NCBI GenBank assembly: GCA_963822445.1
Contig: CAWGHO010000002.1
Span: 1,024,001-1,088,000 of the forward strand
Source: an uncultured Acidobacteriota bacterium
GTDB lineage: Bacteria; Acidobacteriota; Thermoanaerobaculia; Gp7-AA8
DNA length: 64,000 bases
Direction: 5' to 3'
Part shown: positions 39,960-48,715 of the stretch, piece after piece
Layout of the letters: each line of letters opens with the position of its first letter
Numbering within the stretch: the first letter of the stretch is position 1
Notes under the pieces: model-generated
Told to the model about the DNA's origin: nothing
Database searches by the model: none
The model's input: only the letters and a program-made list of their open reading frames with translations
Program-made: the position numbers and the translations under genes

Positions 39960-41203
39960 TCAATGATCGCGCACATAACTGCAGGCCGGATCCGCGCCGA
40001 ACCGCACGATGTCGCCCGGCTTGAGGACGGCCCGGTCGACCCGCGCGTTGTTGACGTACGTTCCATTCGCGGACTGCAGGTCCTCGAGCAGCGGTGACTT
40101 GCCCGCCAGCGTGATCCGCGCATGCCGGCGCGAGACGGCCGGGTGCGGCGAGCACGATCGAGCAGGTGCGGTCACGGCCGACCATCACGCTGTCGCCGAT
40201 GATGGCGTGCTTCTCGTTCGCCTCCGGCTTCACGTTCACGAGCGCCCAGTGATGCGGAACGTCCATGGCCGGCACGGCGTCAGCGTGCGTGTCCGAGATC
40301 GGCGACGGGATGACGTCCGGTCGGCGCGATCGGCTGCCGGGCGTTGTACTCCTCGAGCGCTTCGTAGAACTCGCGCGCGGTCTCGTAGCGCTGATCCATG
40401 CGCGGGTGCATCGACTTGAGCACGATCGCTCGAGCTCTTTGTCGATCTCCGGACGCAACGCGCTGGGCGGCTGCTTCTCGCCGCGGTAAATGGCGTCGAT
40501 CAGCTTCGGCAGGGAGCGGCTGTTGAACGGGAGCTGGCCGGTGAGCATCTCGTACAGCACGACGCCCGACGAGTAGACGTCGCTCTTCGCTCCGGCGTCT
40601 TTCGGCTCGCGGATCTGCTCGGGCGACATGTAGTGCGGCGTGCCGAGGAGGAAGCCGGATTTGGTGAGCACGGTCTGGCCGCTCCGCCGCCGCCTTCCTT
40701 GATCTTGGCGATGCCGAAGTCCGTGACCTTCACCTGACCCGATTCTCGCTGATCAGGTTGGCCGGCTTGATGTCGCGATGAACGATGCCCTTTGCCGTGC
40801 GCGTAAACGAGCGCTTCGAGCAGGCACTGGCCGACGCTGATGGCGTCGTGAGATCGACAGCGCGCCCCGCTCGGTCAGCAGGACGTCGACGGGCGTGCCT
40901 TCGACGAACTCCATGACCAGCACCGCGCCCTGGTCGTTGTTGATGAACTCGTAGAAGCGGGTGATGTAGCGATGGCGGAGCTTGGAGAGGATCTGCGCTT
41001 CCTTGACGAAGCGCTTGCGCGCGGTGACGTCGCCGGCCAGCTCGTCGGACATCACCTTGAGCACGACCGGGTAGCCGCTGCGGAAGGACGTCGGTCGCGT
41101 TCGCGGTCGTGCCCGACGTAGACGTGGCTCATGCCCGCCTTCACCGATCTCGCGGTCGATGCGGTAGTTGCCGATGCTCGTGCCGATGGGCGAGGCCGAT
41201 CAT
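39960..41203 (-). CDS. Ser/Thr protein kinase with C-terminal FHA domain, split by frameshifts
   Basis: VLKVM, LVMEFVEG, HRDIKPAN, TDFGIAK, GTPHYMSPEQ, SDVYSSG; FHA VGRDR..VSRRHA..SANGTYVN. Confidence 0.82.
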
Positions 41204-41849
41204 TTCAGCAGACCCTCGTCATCCCAGTGAAATCCGTCGTGGCAGAGAGGCGTGAAGATGAATCGATGCGAGCCGATGCGGATCGATGTCCTTGCCGGAC
41301 AGGTCGCGGCGCGGCTCGATCTCGGTCTCGTTGACGTACGTCCCGTTCGTGGAGTTGTGGTCCATGAGGATGAAGCGCCGCTCCTCGGGCCGGAACACGA
41401 GATCGGCGTGATGCGAGGAGGCCTGGTCGTCGTTGATGACGATGTCCGAACGGCGGTCGCGGCCGATGACGTTGCGGCCCATGCGCACCGGGAAGGACTC
41501 GCCGCGCGATGCGCCGCTCAGGCCGACCAGCCAGCCGACGACGTAGCGCTTCTGCTGGCCGGTTTCGATCGCGACGCGGCGACGGTGCGCTCCATGGATG
41601 ACCTTCGAGATCGGAGCGATCTGGAGCGCCGGACTCCGGCCGACGGTGCCGCCGCGGGACGGGCGGCCGTGATCGGCCTCAGTACGGGCTCACGCACGGC
41701 TGCTGCAGCGGCCGCCGGCGGCGGCGCGGCTTCGACGGCACGCGGCCGCACCACCGGGATCTCCGGCTCGGCGCGTCATTGGGACAGTAGGGACAGATGT
41801 CCCATGACTCGTCGATGAAATGCCCGTTGTCACAACGCTTATCTGCCAC
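41200..41849 (-). CDS. Zn-ribbon plus FHA domain protein, frameshifted
   Basis: VADKRCDNGHFIDESWDICPYCP; IGRDRR..ASSHHA..STNGTYVN; ATGA overlap with the kinase gene. Confidence 0.78.
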
Positions 41850-41858
41850 GAGTCACCC

Positions 41859-43559
41859 TCACGCATGAAATGCCACCGCGACGGCGTTGCGGCCGCCGAA
41901 GTAGATGATGTCCCCATCCTGGAGGTATCGCTTGTCGATCTTGTGGTCATTGACGTACGTCCCGTTCGACGAATTCCTGTCGATGAGCAGGACTTTGCCG
42001 TCGATCGAAACGACCTCTGCGTGGAGCGCGAGATACCTTCGGATTCTCCAATACGATCTCACAAATTGCAGACTCCCGCCCGATGCGGATCCCCGATCCG
42101 CCGAGGCCGAGCTTTTCGCCGGCGCGGGTGCCGTTGAGGATCGTGAATTTGCCCAGCATCGCGTGTGCGGCCATCGTCCCGTTCGGCGCCACGACTGTCT
42201 CGATCGTGGCCGCTTTGAGGAGGTCCGATGGGACCCGCGGACCTCGTGAACGACGCAGAAGAAACGTGCCACCGCCAGCGCCGCCAGCGCAAGAGCGGCG
42301 ATGACTGTCGTAGCGATCGGATACAGCCGCCAGGGCGGCATCGCGGCGATGGCGCGTTCCGCGTCGTGCCCGAAACGGATGAGGTCGGGCGAGTTCGGGA
42401 AGAGCACCACGGCCCGGGCCAGATCCTTCTTCGCGTCCACCCACCGCCCAGTGGTCGCGGCGTCCAGCGCGGCGTAATAGCGCTCGTTGAACTCGCCATC
42501 ACTCTTGGGAGTGACACTCGCCTCGGCCAGAAACTGCCGGGCCACGTCGATGGGCACGAGGAACTTGATCTGCTCCGCGTCGGTGTGCCCCCAGGTCGAC
42601 ACGCCGATGGCCTGACCCGCGCGATTGACCGCCGGCCCGCCCGAGTTGCCGCGGTAGATGGCCACGTTCGTTTGAAAGACCGGCGCGTTGGTGACGTTGC
42701 GCTTGATGGCGGTGATGTTGCCGGGGTTGATCGTGGCCTCGAGATCGCTGTCGCGCGAGAGCCAGCCGCCGATGACCTCGTCGGTGCTGCTGGCCACGGC
42801 CGGATAGCCGACCGACCAGATCGACTCGCCGACTCGCGTCTCGTCCGATTTGCCGAGCGGCAACGCGGGGAGACCCTTCCGTTCGATCCGCAGAACGGCC
42901 AGGTCGCTTCCGCGTTCCGTCAGCGCCGGCGAGTACCGGCGGATCTTGAACGGCAGCGTCTCCCCGTTCGAGAGCTCGACGCTGTTCACGACTTTGACGT
43001 TGTCGACGCGCGAGGCTCTGGCCAGTGGCTGGACGTAGCGATCGAGGGCGTCATCGCGATGAATGGTGCGCAGCGTGTCGACCGGAAAATGGCGGACCAG
43101 CGCCGCGATCGCGCCGTTGCGACGAAGATCGCCTTCGAGCGCTTTCTCATCGCGAGTCGGCGCGACGACGTGGCCGCTGGTGAGGATGAAGCCATCGGGA
43201 TGGATGATGAAGCCACTGCCCGAGCCTCCGGCGCCGGTCTGCACGTCGTTCTGATCGGCGGCGACCGCGCGCGCACGAATCGCGTATCCGTCGCTCGAAA
43301 GCTGGGATTCGGTGCGCGCGATGTCGGCGGCGGTGTAGTGAAAGTCGGCCGTGGCAAAGGCGTTGACGCGCACGACGGCGGGCTTCACCGCGTAGGCCAT
43401 CTTCGTCACGTCGTCGAGCGGCGGGACATCGCGGCTGCACGCCACGAAAAACAGAGTAGGCAGTAGGCAGTAGGCGGTAGGCAGGAGACGAGATCGGTTC
43501 CACTGCCTACTGCCCACTGCGAGGCGCGAAGCGCCGAACCGCCTACTGAGAAGGCCCAT
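41859..43559 (-). CDS. Trypsin-like serine protease (lipoprotein-like signal) with TM helix and C-terminal FHA domain
   Basis: LTSGHVV, SDLAVL, GNSGGP triad; TM helix; FHA IGRE..VSR..HA..SSNGTYVN with two compensating frameshifts at ~42030-42260. Confidence 0.85.
   Translation of the reverse strand: MGLLSRRFGASRLAVGSRQWNRSRLLPTAYCLLPTLFFVACSRDVPPLDDVTKMAYAVKPAVVRVNAFATADFHYTAADIARTESQLSSDGYAIRARAVAADQNDVQTGAGGSGSGFIIHPDGFILTSGHVVAPTRDEKALEGDLRRNGAIAALVRHFPVDTLRTIHRDDALDRYVQPLARASRVDNVKVVNSVELSNGETLPFKIRRYSPALTERGSDLAVLRIERKGLPALPLGKSDETRVGESIWSVGYPAVASSTDEVIGGWLSRDSDLEATINPGNITAIKRNVTNAPVFQTNVAIYRGNSGGPAVNRAGQAIGVSTWGHTDAEQIKFLVPIDVARQFLAEASVTPKSDGEFNERYYAALDAATTGRWVDAKKDLARAVVLFPNSPDLIRFGHDAERAIAAMPPWRLYPIATTVIAALALAALAVARFFCVVHEVRGSHRTSSKRPRSRQSWRRTGRWPHTRCWANSRSSTAPAPAKSSASADRGSASGGSLQFVRSYWRIRRYLALHAEVVSIDGKVLLIDRNSSNGTYVNDHKIDKRYLQDGDIIYFGGRNAVAVAFHA
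43454..43520. repeat. Inverted heptamer tandem repeats inside the 5' end of the protease gene
   Basis: gagtagg cagtagg cagtagg cggtagg cagg ... cactgcctactgcccactgc. Confidence 0.78.
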
Positions 43560-43561
43560 CG

Positions 43562-44617
43562 TCAGTGGTTCCAGTAGAACCACGCGCCGGCCGCGGCGAG
43601 AACGAGCACGACCAGCGTCCACCGGAGGAGCGACGAGCCTTTCGGCGCGGGCGTGGAGGTCTGCGCGCGCTCTTCGAGCTTCGCCTCCAGCTCTTCCGGT
43701 TTCGGCACTTCCATCGGCTGGGTGTCTTTCATCGTCTCGTCGAAGGCGGCCACGTCGACGAGCGGCTGCAGCGGCTGGGTGTCCTCGAACTTCTCGACCA
43801 CCGTGCCTTGGCCGGCATCGTCCGGTGCCGCCTCGACGCGAGCGACGATCACGGTCACGTTGTCCGGCGCCCCACGCTCGAGCGCACGGCGCAGATACTC
43901 ATCTGCGGCCGCCTCGAGCGTCATCGCCGCGACATCCTTGATCTCGTCCTCTTTGACCACGCCGTGCAGGCCGTCGCTGCAGAGGATGAAGGTGTCGCCG
44001 ACGCGGAGCTCGATCGGACCGCGCACGTCGATCTCGACGTCTTCGGCCACGCCCATCGACCGCTGGAGTACGTTGCGCCGCGGATGGGTCTCCGCTTCCT
44101 GCGAGGTCAGCAGACCCTCGCGCACCATCGTCGCCACGAGGGAGTGGTCATCGGTGAGCTGTTTGATCTCGCCGTCGCGAACCATGTAGATCCGCGAGTC
44201 GCCCACGTGGGCGAGCCAGCCCTCGCTGTTCTTCACCGCGAGGACGGACGTCGTCGTTCCCATCCCCCGCAGATCGGGATTCGACTGCGCCTCCGAGAAG
44301 ATCCGGGCATTGGCGCGGCTCAGCGATTCGCGCAGAGCAGTGGGGATGTCCGGCGTGTCGCTGCCAAGGTATTGGGCCTTCACGGTCTCGGCGGCCAGCC
44401 GCGATGCCGTGGCGCCGCCGCGATGCCCGCCCATGCCGTCCGCGACGATCAGCAGCCGCCCGCCGGGCGAGCTCGTGCGCTCTTCATCCTGCGTCGTGTA
44501 GGTGCCGAAGTCCTGGTTTTCAGACCGCACCAAACCCACATCGCTGCGCAAAACGGCTCGCAGGATGAGACGACGCTCAGGCGTGCTGATGGTTTCGGAC
44601 GATGCTTGCTCGCTCAT
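43562..44617 (-). CDS. Stp1/PrpC-type PP2C Ser/Thr phosphatase with C-terminal TM helix
   Basis: SDVGLVRSENQD, VADGMGGH, GMGTT, HVGDSR, LCSDGL, DNVT. Confidence 0.95.
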   Translation of the reverse strand: MSEQASSETISTPERRLILRAVLRSDVGLVRSENQDFGTYTTQDEERTSSPGGRLLIVADGMGGHRGGATASRLAAETVKAQYLGSDTPDIPTALRESLSRANARIFSEAQSNPDLRGMGTTTSVLAVKNSEGWLAHVGDSRIYMVRDGEIKQLTDDHSLVATMVREGLLTSQEAETHPRRNVLQRSMGVAEDVEIDVRGPIELRVGDTFILCSDGLHGVVKEDEIKDVAAMTLEAAADEYLRRALERGAPDNVTVIVARVEAAPDDAGQGTVVEKFEDTQPLQPLVDVAAFDETMKDTQPMEVPKPEELEAKLEERAQTSTPAPKGSSLLRWTLVVLVLAAAGAWFYWNH

Positions 44618-44650
44618 AGCGGAGCTACCCGGCTGTGACGCGGAGAGGGC

Positions 44651-44693
44651 ATTATAGCGCGCGGTTCGGAGCGCCATTCCGAGCCGCTATAAT
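44651..44693. promoter_or_regulatory. Symmetric divergent promoter (two TATAAT boxes in a palindrome)
   Basis: attata at 44651-44656 (minus-strand TATAAT) and tataat at 44688-44693, within an imperfect inverted repeat. Confidence 0.65.
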
Positions 44694-44704
44694 CAGCGCG
44701 CCTC

Positions 44705-46372
44705 ATGGAACAACTCCAGATCCACTACGTCGACCTCGGCGTACCTCGCGTGAATGATCTCAAGTCCGACATGTCGATCGGACGGACCGAGGGAAACGAT
44801 CTGGTGCTCAACCACCCGTCGGTGTCGCGCAAGCACGCGCGGATGGAGGGGCGGGACGGCCGCTGGTGGATCATCGACCTCAAGTCGACCAACGGCGTGA
44901 AGGTCAACGGCAACCTCATCACCGAATCGGCCGTTCACGCCGGTGACAAGGTCCTGATCGGCTCGGTTCAGCTCGACATCAAGGCCATGCCCTCGGTCGA
45001 TTTCTCGGCCGAATCGATGTTCGACAACCCGTCGGGCACGGTCATCCGCCGCATCTCCGACTTCAACTCCGAGTTCGGACTCGACGTCAGCGACCTCCAG
45101 GCCGCGGCGTCGGGAGTCCGCCCTCCTTCCGAGCCCGGCATCAAGGTCGAGCCGTCGGTTACCCGCGAAAAGATCTTCCAGGTGCTCGTGCAGGTCGCGC
45201 GGTCGCTGCTGCAGACCGAAGAGCTGACCGACCTGCTGAACACGGTCATGGACATGATCTTCAAGTACCTGCCAGTCGAGCGCGGGCTGATCATCCTCTT
45301 CGACGAGGAGGGCAATCCCGTTCCGCGGCTCACGAAGTTCATCGAGGGAGCCGATCAGACGGACATCCCCATCTCCCGGACGATCCTGAAGATGGTCGCC
45401 GAGCAGCAGGTCGCGCTGATGACCTCGAACGCTCTCGAAGACGCGCGGCTCCTGGGCGGGAAGTCGATCGCCATCCACGGAATCCGCTCGGCGATGTGCG
45501 TGCCGCTCTGGAACAAGCAGCGCGTGATCGGCGCGGTACAGGTCGACTCGCCGATTCACATCGGCCGGTTCACCGAGGAAGACCTCGACCTGATCACGGC
45601 GCTGGCGAACTTCGCCGCGGTCGCCATCGAGCGAGCGCAGCTCTCGGAGAAGATCGAGCACGAGCGGAAGATCCGCTCGAAGATGGAGCGCTATCACTCG
45701 CCGGCGGTCATCGACGAGATCGTGAAAGGCGTCGTCGCCGCCGAAGACACGGACATCCGCACGGCGGACGTCTCGATCCTCTTCGCCGACATCTCCGGAT
45801 TCACGACCGTGTCGGAGACGAAGGCGCCGGAGGAAGTGGCGGAGTTTCTGTCGAACTTCTTCTCCGCGGCGGTGGACGCGATCTTCGCGTACGGCGGCAC
45901 GCTCGATAAATTCATCGGCGACGCGGTCATGGCCTTTTTCGGCGCGCCGATCCCGCAGGATGACCACGCCGATCGCGCGATCATGGCCGGGCTGATGATG
46001 CAGGAGCGGGTCGCGCAGTGGAACGCCGTGCGGGCCGAGCAGGGGTTGCCCGAGGTGCGGATCCGCGTGGGGATCAACAGCGGACTGGCGGTCGTCGGAA
46101 ACGTCGGCACCGAGAAGCGCGTCGACTACACGGTTCTCGGGAGCTCGGTGAACATCGCTTCGCGACTCGAGAGCGGCGTGGCCAAGCCGGGGCAGCTGGT
46201 GATCTCGCAGAACACGCTCGACCGGGTCGTCGGCAGCTTCGAGATCGAGCCGCTGGGCGAGTTCGCGCTCAAGGGGCTGCAGCAGAAGCTGCCGGTGTAC
46301 ATGGTCAAGCCGAGCCCGCACGTTCCGAAGATCACGACCTCGGATACGTACCACGCGGCTCCGGCGTCATAA
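44705..46372 (+). CDS. FHA-GAF-adenylate/guanylate cyclase
   Basis: IGRTEGND..VSRKHA..STNG FHA; SAMCVPL GAF; LFADISGFT, DKFIGDAVMA, VNIASRLE cyclase. Confidence 0.95.
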   Translation: MEQLQIHYVDLGVPRVNDLKSDMSIGRTEGNDLVLNHPSVSRKHARMEGRDGRWWIIDLKSTNGVKVNGNLITESAVHAGDKVLIGSVQLDIKAMPSVDFSAESMFDNPSGTVIRRISDFNSEFGLDVSDLQAAASGVRPPSEPGIKVEPSVTREKIFQVLVQVARSLLQTEELTDLLNTVMDMIFKYLPVERGLIILFDEEGNPVPRLTKFIEGADQTDIPISRTILKMVAEQQVALMTSNALEDARLLGGKSIAIHGIRSAMCVPLWNKQRVIGAVQVDSPIHIGRFTEEDLDLITALANFAAVAIERAQLSEKIEHERKIRSKMERYHSPAVIDEIVKGVVAAEDTDIRTADVSILFADISGFTTVSETKAPEEVAEFLSNFFSAAVDAIFAYGGTLDKFIGDAVMAFFGAPIPQDDHADRAIMAGLMMQERVAQWNAVRAEQGLPEVRIRVGINSGLAVVGNVGTEKRVDYTVLGSSVNIASRLESGVAKPGQLVISQNTLDRVVGSFEIEPLGEFALKGLQQKLPVYMVKPSPHVPKITTSDTYHAAPAS

Positions 46373-46373
46373 A

Positions 46374-46463
46374 TGGAGTGCGGCGGCTCTGCCGCCGCTT
46401 TGGGCGCGCGCGGAGCGCGGCTCACGCCGCGTTTGAAAGCGGCGGCAGAGCCGCCGCACTCCA
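46374..46463. repeat. REP-like composite palindrome
   Basis: Perfect 28-bp inverted arms tggagtgcggcggctctgccgccgcttt, each of which is itself a hairpin. Confidence 0.85.
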
Positions 46464-46501
46464 AGGAACTTTCCTTGCACCCCATTCGTTTTCAATACGC
46501 C

Positions 46502-47083
46502 GTGACTTCGCGCTCTCTCACCCGAAGCCTCCTCCAGCCGTTCGCGGTCGCGCTTGCGCTGGGGCTGCTTGCCCGGGCAGCGGTTCACATCTACTCCATC
46601 CCCACGGAATCGATGGTCCCCACGCTCGAGACCGGCGATCAGATCGTCGTTACCCGCTACCTGGGCGGCGAGCCTCAGCGGGGGCACATCATCGTGTTCC
46701 GTTCTCCCGTCGATCACGAGCTGATGGTGAAACGGGTGGTCGGCCTTCCCGGCGACCTCATCGACAGCCGCCTGGGCCGGGTCCGCGTCGGCGGATACAC
46801 GCTCGCCGAGCCCTACGTTTTCCAGCGGGCGGCGACGGGCGCGATCGAATCGCAGATCGTCCCGCCGGACTCCTACTTCGTCCTCGGCGACAACCGCGCG
46901 GAATCGCTCGACAGCCGGAACTGGGGCTTCGTTCCACGCTCCGGGATCGTCGGCCGGGCGCGGATGATCCTCTGGTCTTCCGGGGTCGACGCGTCCGACG
47001 CCGCACGCGCAGCCACACCCAGGACTGATGCGCGAGAGACGAGCCGCCAGCCTCGGCGCCGTCTCTTCAAATGGCTGGGCTGA
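46502..47083 (+). CDS. lepB: Signal peptidase I
   Basis: IPTESMVPTL, VKRVVGLPGD, GDNRAESLDSR. Confidence 0.9.
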   Translation: MTSRSLTRSLLQPFAVALALGLLARAAVHIYSIPTESMVPTLETGDQIVVTRYLGGEPQRGHIIVFRSPVDHELMVKRVVGLPGDLIDSRLGRVRVGGYTLAEPYVFQRAATGAIESQIVPPDSYFVLGDNRAESLDSRNWGFVPRSGIVGRARMILWSSGVDASDAARAATPRTDARETSRQPRRRLFKWLG

Positions 47084-47116
47084 CCTGTTACCCTGACGCG
47101 CAATTCGGAGGTCGAC

Positions 47117-47479
47117 ATGTTGCGCAATCGACGTGAGCGTGGTGAAGGTCAGTTTGGGTGTCTCGTCGGTCTCGTACTGCTCCTGGTGGCCGCTTTGATC
47201 GCCTACAAGATGATCCCGATCAAGGTGAAGGCGGCCGACCTGCGCGACGCCATTTCGGACGAGGCCAAATCGGCAGGCCAGAACAGCGACAAGCAGATCA
47301 TGGCGGCCATCCTCAAGCGTGCGCAGATTCTCGGCCTGCCGGTGACAGAAAACGACATCAAGATCGATCGCGCCGCGAACTCGATCAGAATCGACGTGCA
47401 GTACACGGTTCCGGTCGAGTTCCCGGGCTACACACACCAATGGAAGTTCCGACACAAGACCGATAATCCGATTTTCTAG
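47117..47479 (+). CDS. DUF4845-like membrane protein
   Basis: N-terminal TM helix after RERGEG; located after lepB. Confidence 0.6.
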   Translation: MLRNRRERGEGQFGCLVGLVLLLVAALIAYKMIPIKVKAADLRDAISDEAKSAGQNSDKQIMAAILKRAQILGLPVTENDIKIDRAANSIRIDVQYTVPVEFPGYTHQWKFRHKTDNPIF

Positions 47480-47508
47480 CCGGTACGACCGGCTGCGCGG
47501 GGAGACAA

Positions 47509-47736
47509 ATGTCCGTAACGATCAAGATTCGCGATAAGGGCCCGCTGGTGGTGGACGGCGAGTTCACGCTCGTCGATGCCGCCGGAAACGAGGTGCCGAT
47601 CGTGAAGAGAGCCCTCTGCCGCTGCGGGGGCTCGACCACCAAGCCGTTCTGCGACGGCACCCATTCGAAGATCGGCTTTCAGGGCGCAATCGCGGCCGTG
47701 GAACAGACCGAAGAGAAGAAAGACCCGGCGAGCTGA
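47509..47736 (+). CDS. CDGSH iron-sulfur domain protein
   Basis: LCRCGGSTTKPFCDGTH. Confidence 0.92.
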   Translation: MSVTIKIRDKGPLVVDGEFTLVDAAGNEVPIVKRALCRCGGSTTKPFCDGTHSKIGFQGAIAAVEQTEEKKDPAS

Positions 47737-48057
47737 TCAACCCGGCGACGACCGCGCATGCCCGCGCGGCCTGACCGTCGCCGGGCGCCGGTGCGGGCAA
47801 CGGTCCATGCGCGGCTCCGCGCCCGTTTCCACCCAGGCCCAGCCGGTGGCGCCGCACTTCTCGCAATTCCACGCCGTTCGCTGAAAAACGCGAGGCGCCG
47901 GCGCGACCTCGAAGTGCCCCTCGGCCTGGGTCATGCGCCCCGCGCCGCCATGGCGCGCGACTTCGGTCGTATCGGTGGCCCCCTCGCCCTGCGGGCAATC
48001 CGGCCAGGGGCAGGGCAGATCGCGATGCTCGTGACGATGCTCAGGACAGGTCTTCAT
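47737..48057 (-). CDS. Small Cys/His-rich hypothetical protein
   Basis: TGATG coupling to the nitroreductase gene; CPEH, CPWPDC, CEKC, CPH. Confidence 0.6.
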   Translation of the reverse strand: MKTCPEHRHEHRDLPCPWPDCPQGEGATDTTEVARHGGAGRMTQAEGHFEVAPAPRVFQRTAWNCEKCGATGWAWVETGAEPRMDRCPHRRPATVRPRGHARSSPG

Positions 48058-48707
48058 CAGAATGACACCAGCACTTTTTCGAGCGGCTTCCTGGCGATGT
48101 CCGGAACCATGCAGCTTTCCGCTGGATAGCCGACCGGGATCAGCAGAAACGGCTTCTCGTTCTTCGGCCGTGCAAGGATCTCGCGCAGAAAGCCCATGGG
48201 GCTGGGTGTGTGCGTGAGTGTTGCCAGCCCGGCGGCATTCAACGCCGCGAGCAGAAATCCGCAGGCGATGCCGACCGATTCGTTGACGTAATAGTGCGTG
48301 ACGTGACCCCCGTCCGCGTCGATTCCGTAGTCTTCCTTGAACACGACGATCAGCAGAGGGGCGATCTCGAGGAACTCCTTGTGCCAGTCCGTCTGCAGCG
48401 GCGCGAGCGCTTTCAACCACTCGGCGGGCATGCGCCCATGGTAGTTCTCGTACTCTTCTTTCTCCGCCGCGATCTGGATCTGCCGCTTGATCTCGGGGTC
48501 TTTCACCACGACGAACTTCCACGGCTGCAGATTCGCTCCTGACGGCGCGAGTGCCGCGGCCTCGATGCACATCGCGATCACGTCGTCGGGAACAGGCTCG
48601 TTGGAGAAATCGCGAACGGTGCGGCGAAGGCGGATCGTTTCGAGAAACGCGCCTGCCGCACCACGCGCCTGTTCGGGCGACAGACGCTCGCGGCGATAAG
48701 GAACCAT
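48057..48707 (-). CDS. Nitroreductase family protein (iodotyrosine deiodinase-like)
   Basis: RRTVRDF, APSGANLQPW, AEKEEYENY, TLTHTPSPMGFL. Confidence 0.85.
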   Translation of the reverse strand: MVPYRRERLSPEQARGAAGAFLETIRLRRTVRDFSNEPVPDDVIAMCIEAAALAPSGANLQPWKFVVVKDPEIKRQIQIAAEKEEYENYHGRMPAEWLKALAPLQTDWHKEFLEIAPLLIVVFKEDYGIDADGGHVTHYYVNESVGIACGFLLAALNAAGLATLTHTPSPMGFLREILARPKNEKPFLLIPVGYPAESCMVPDIARKPLEKVLVSF

Positions 48708-48715
48708 CGAAACCG

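Noticed and set aside
36992-42260. Programmed frameshifting or true pseudogenes in the kinase cluster
   Set aside because: The indels are too many and irregular, lack slippery-site context, and motifs show no decay; assembly error is more parsimonious.
46373-46501. N-terminal extension MECGGSAAAL... of signal peptidase I
   Set aside because: It is a translation of the REP palindrome; the GTG at 46502 is a more plausible start.
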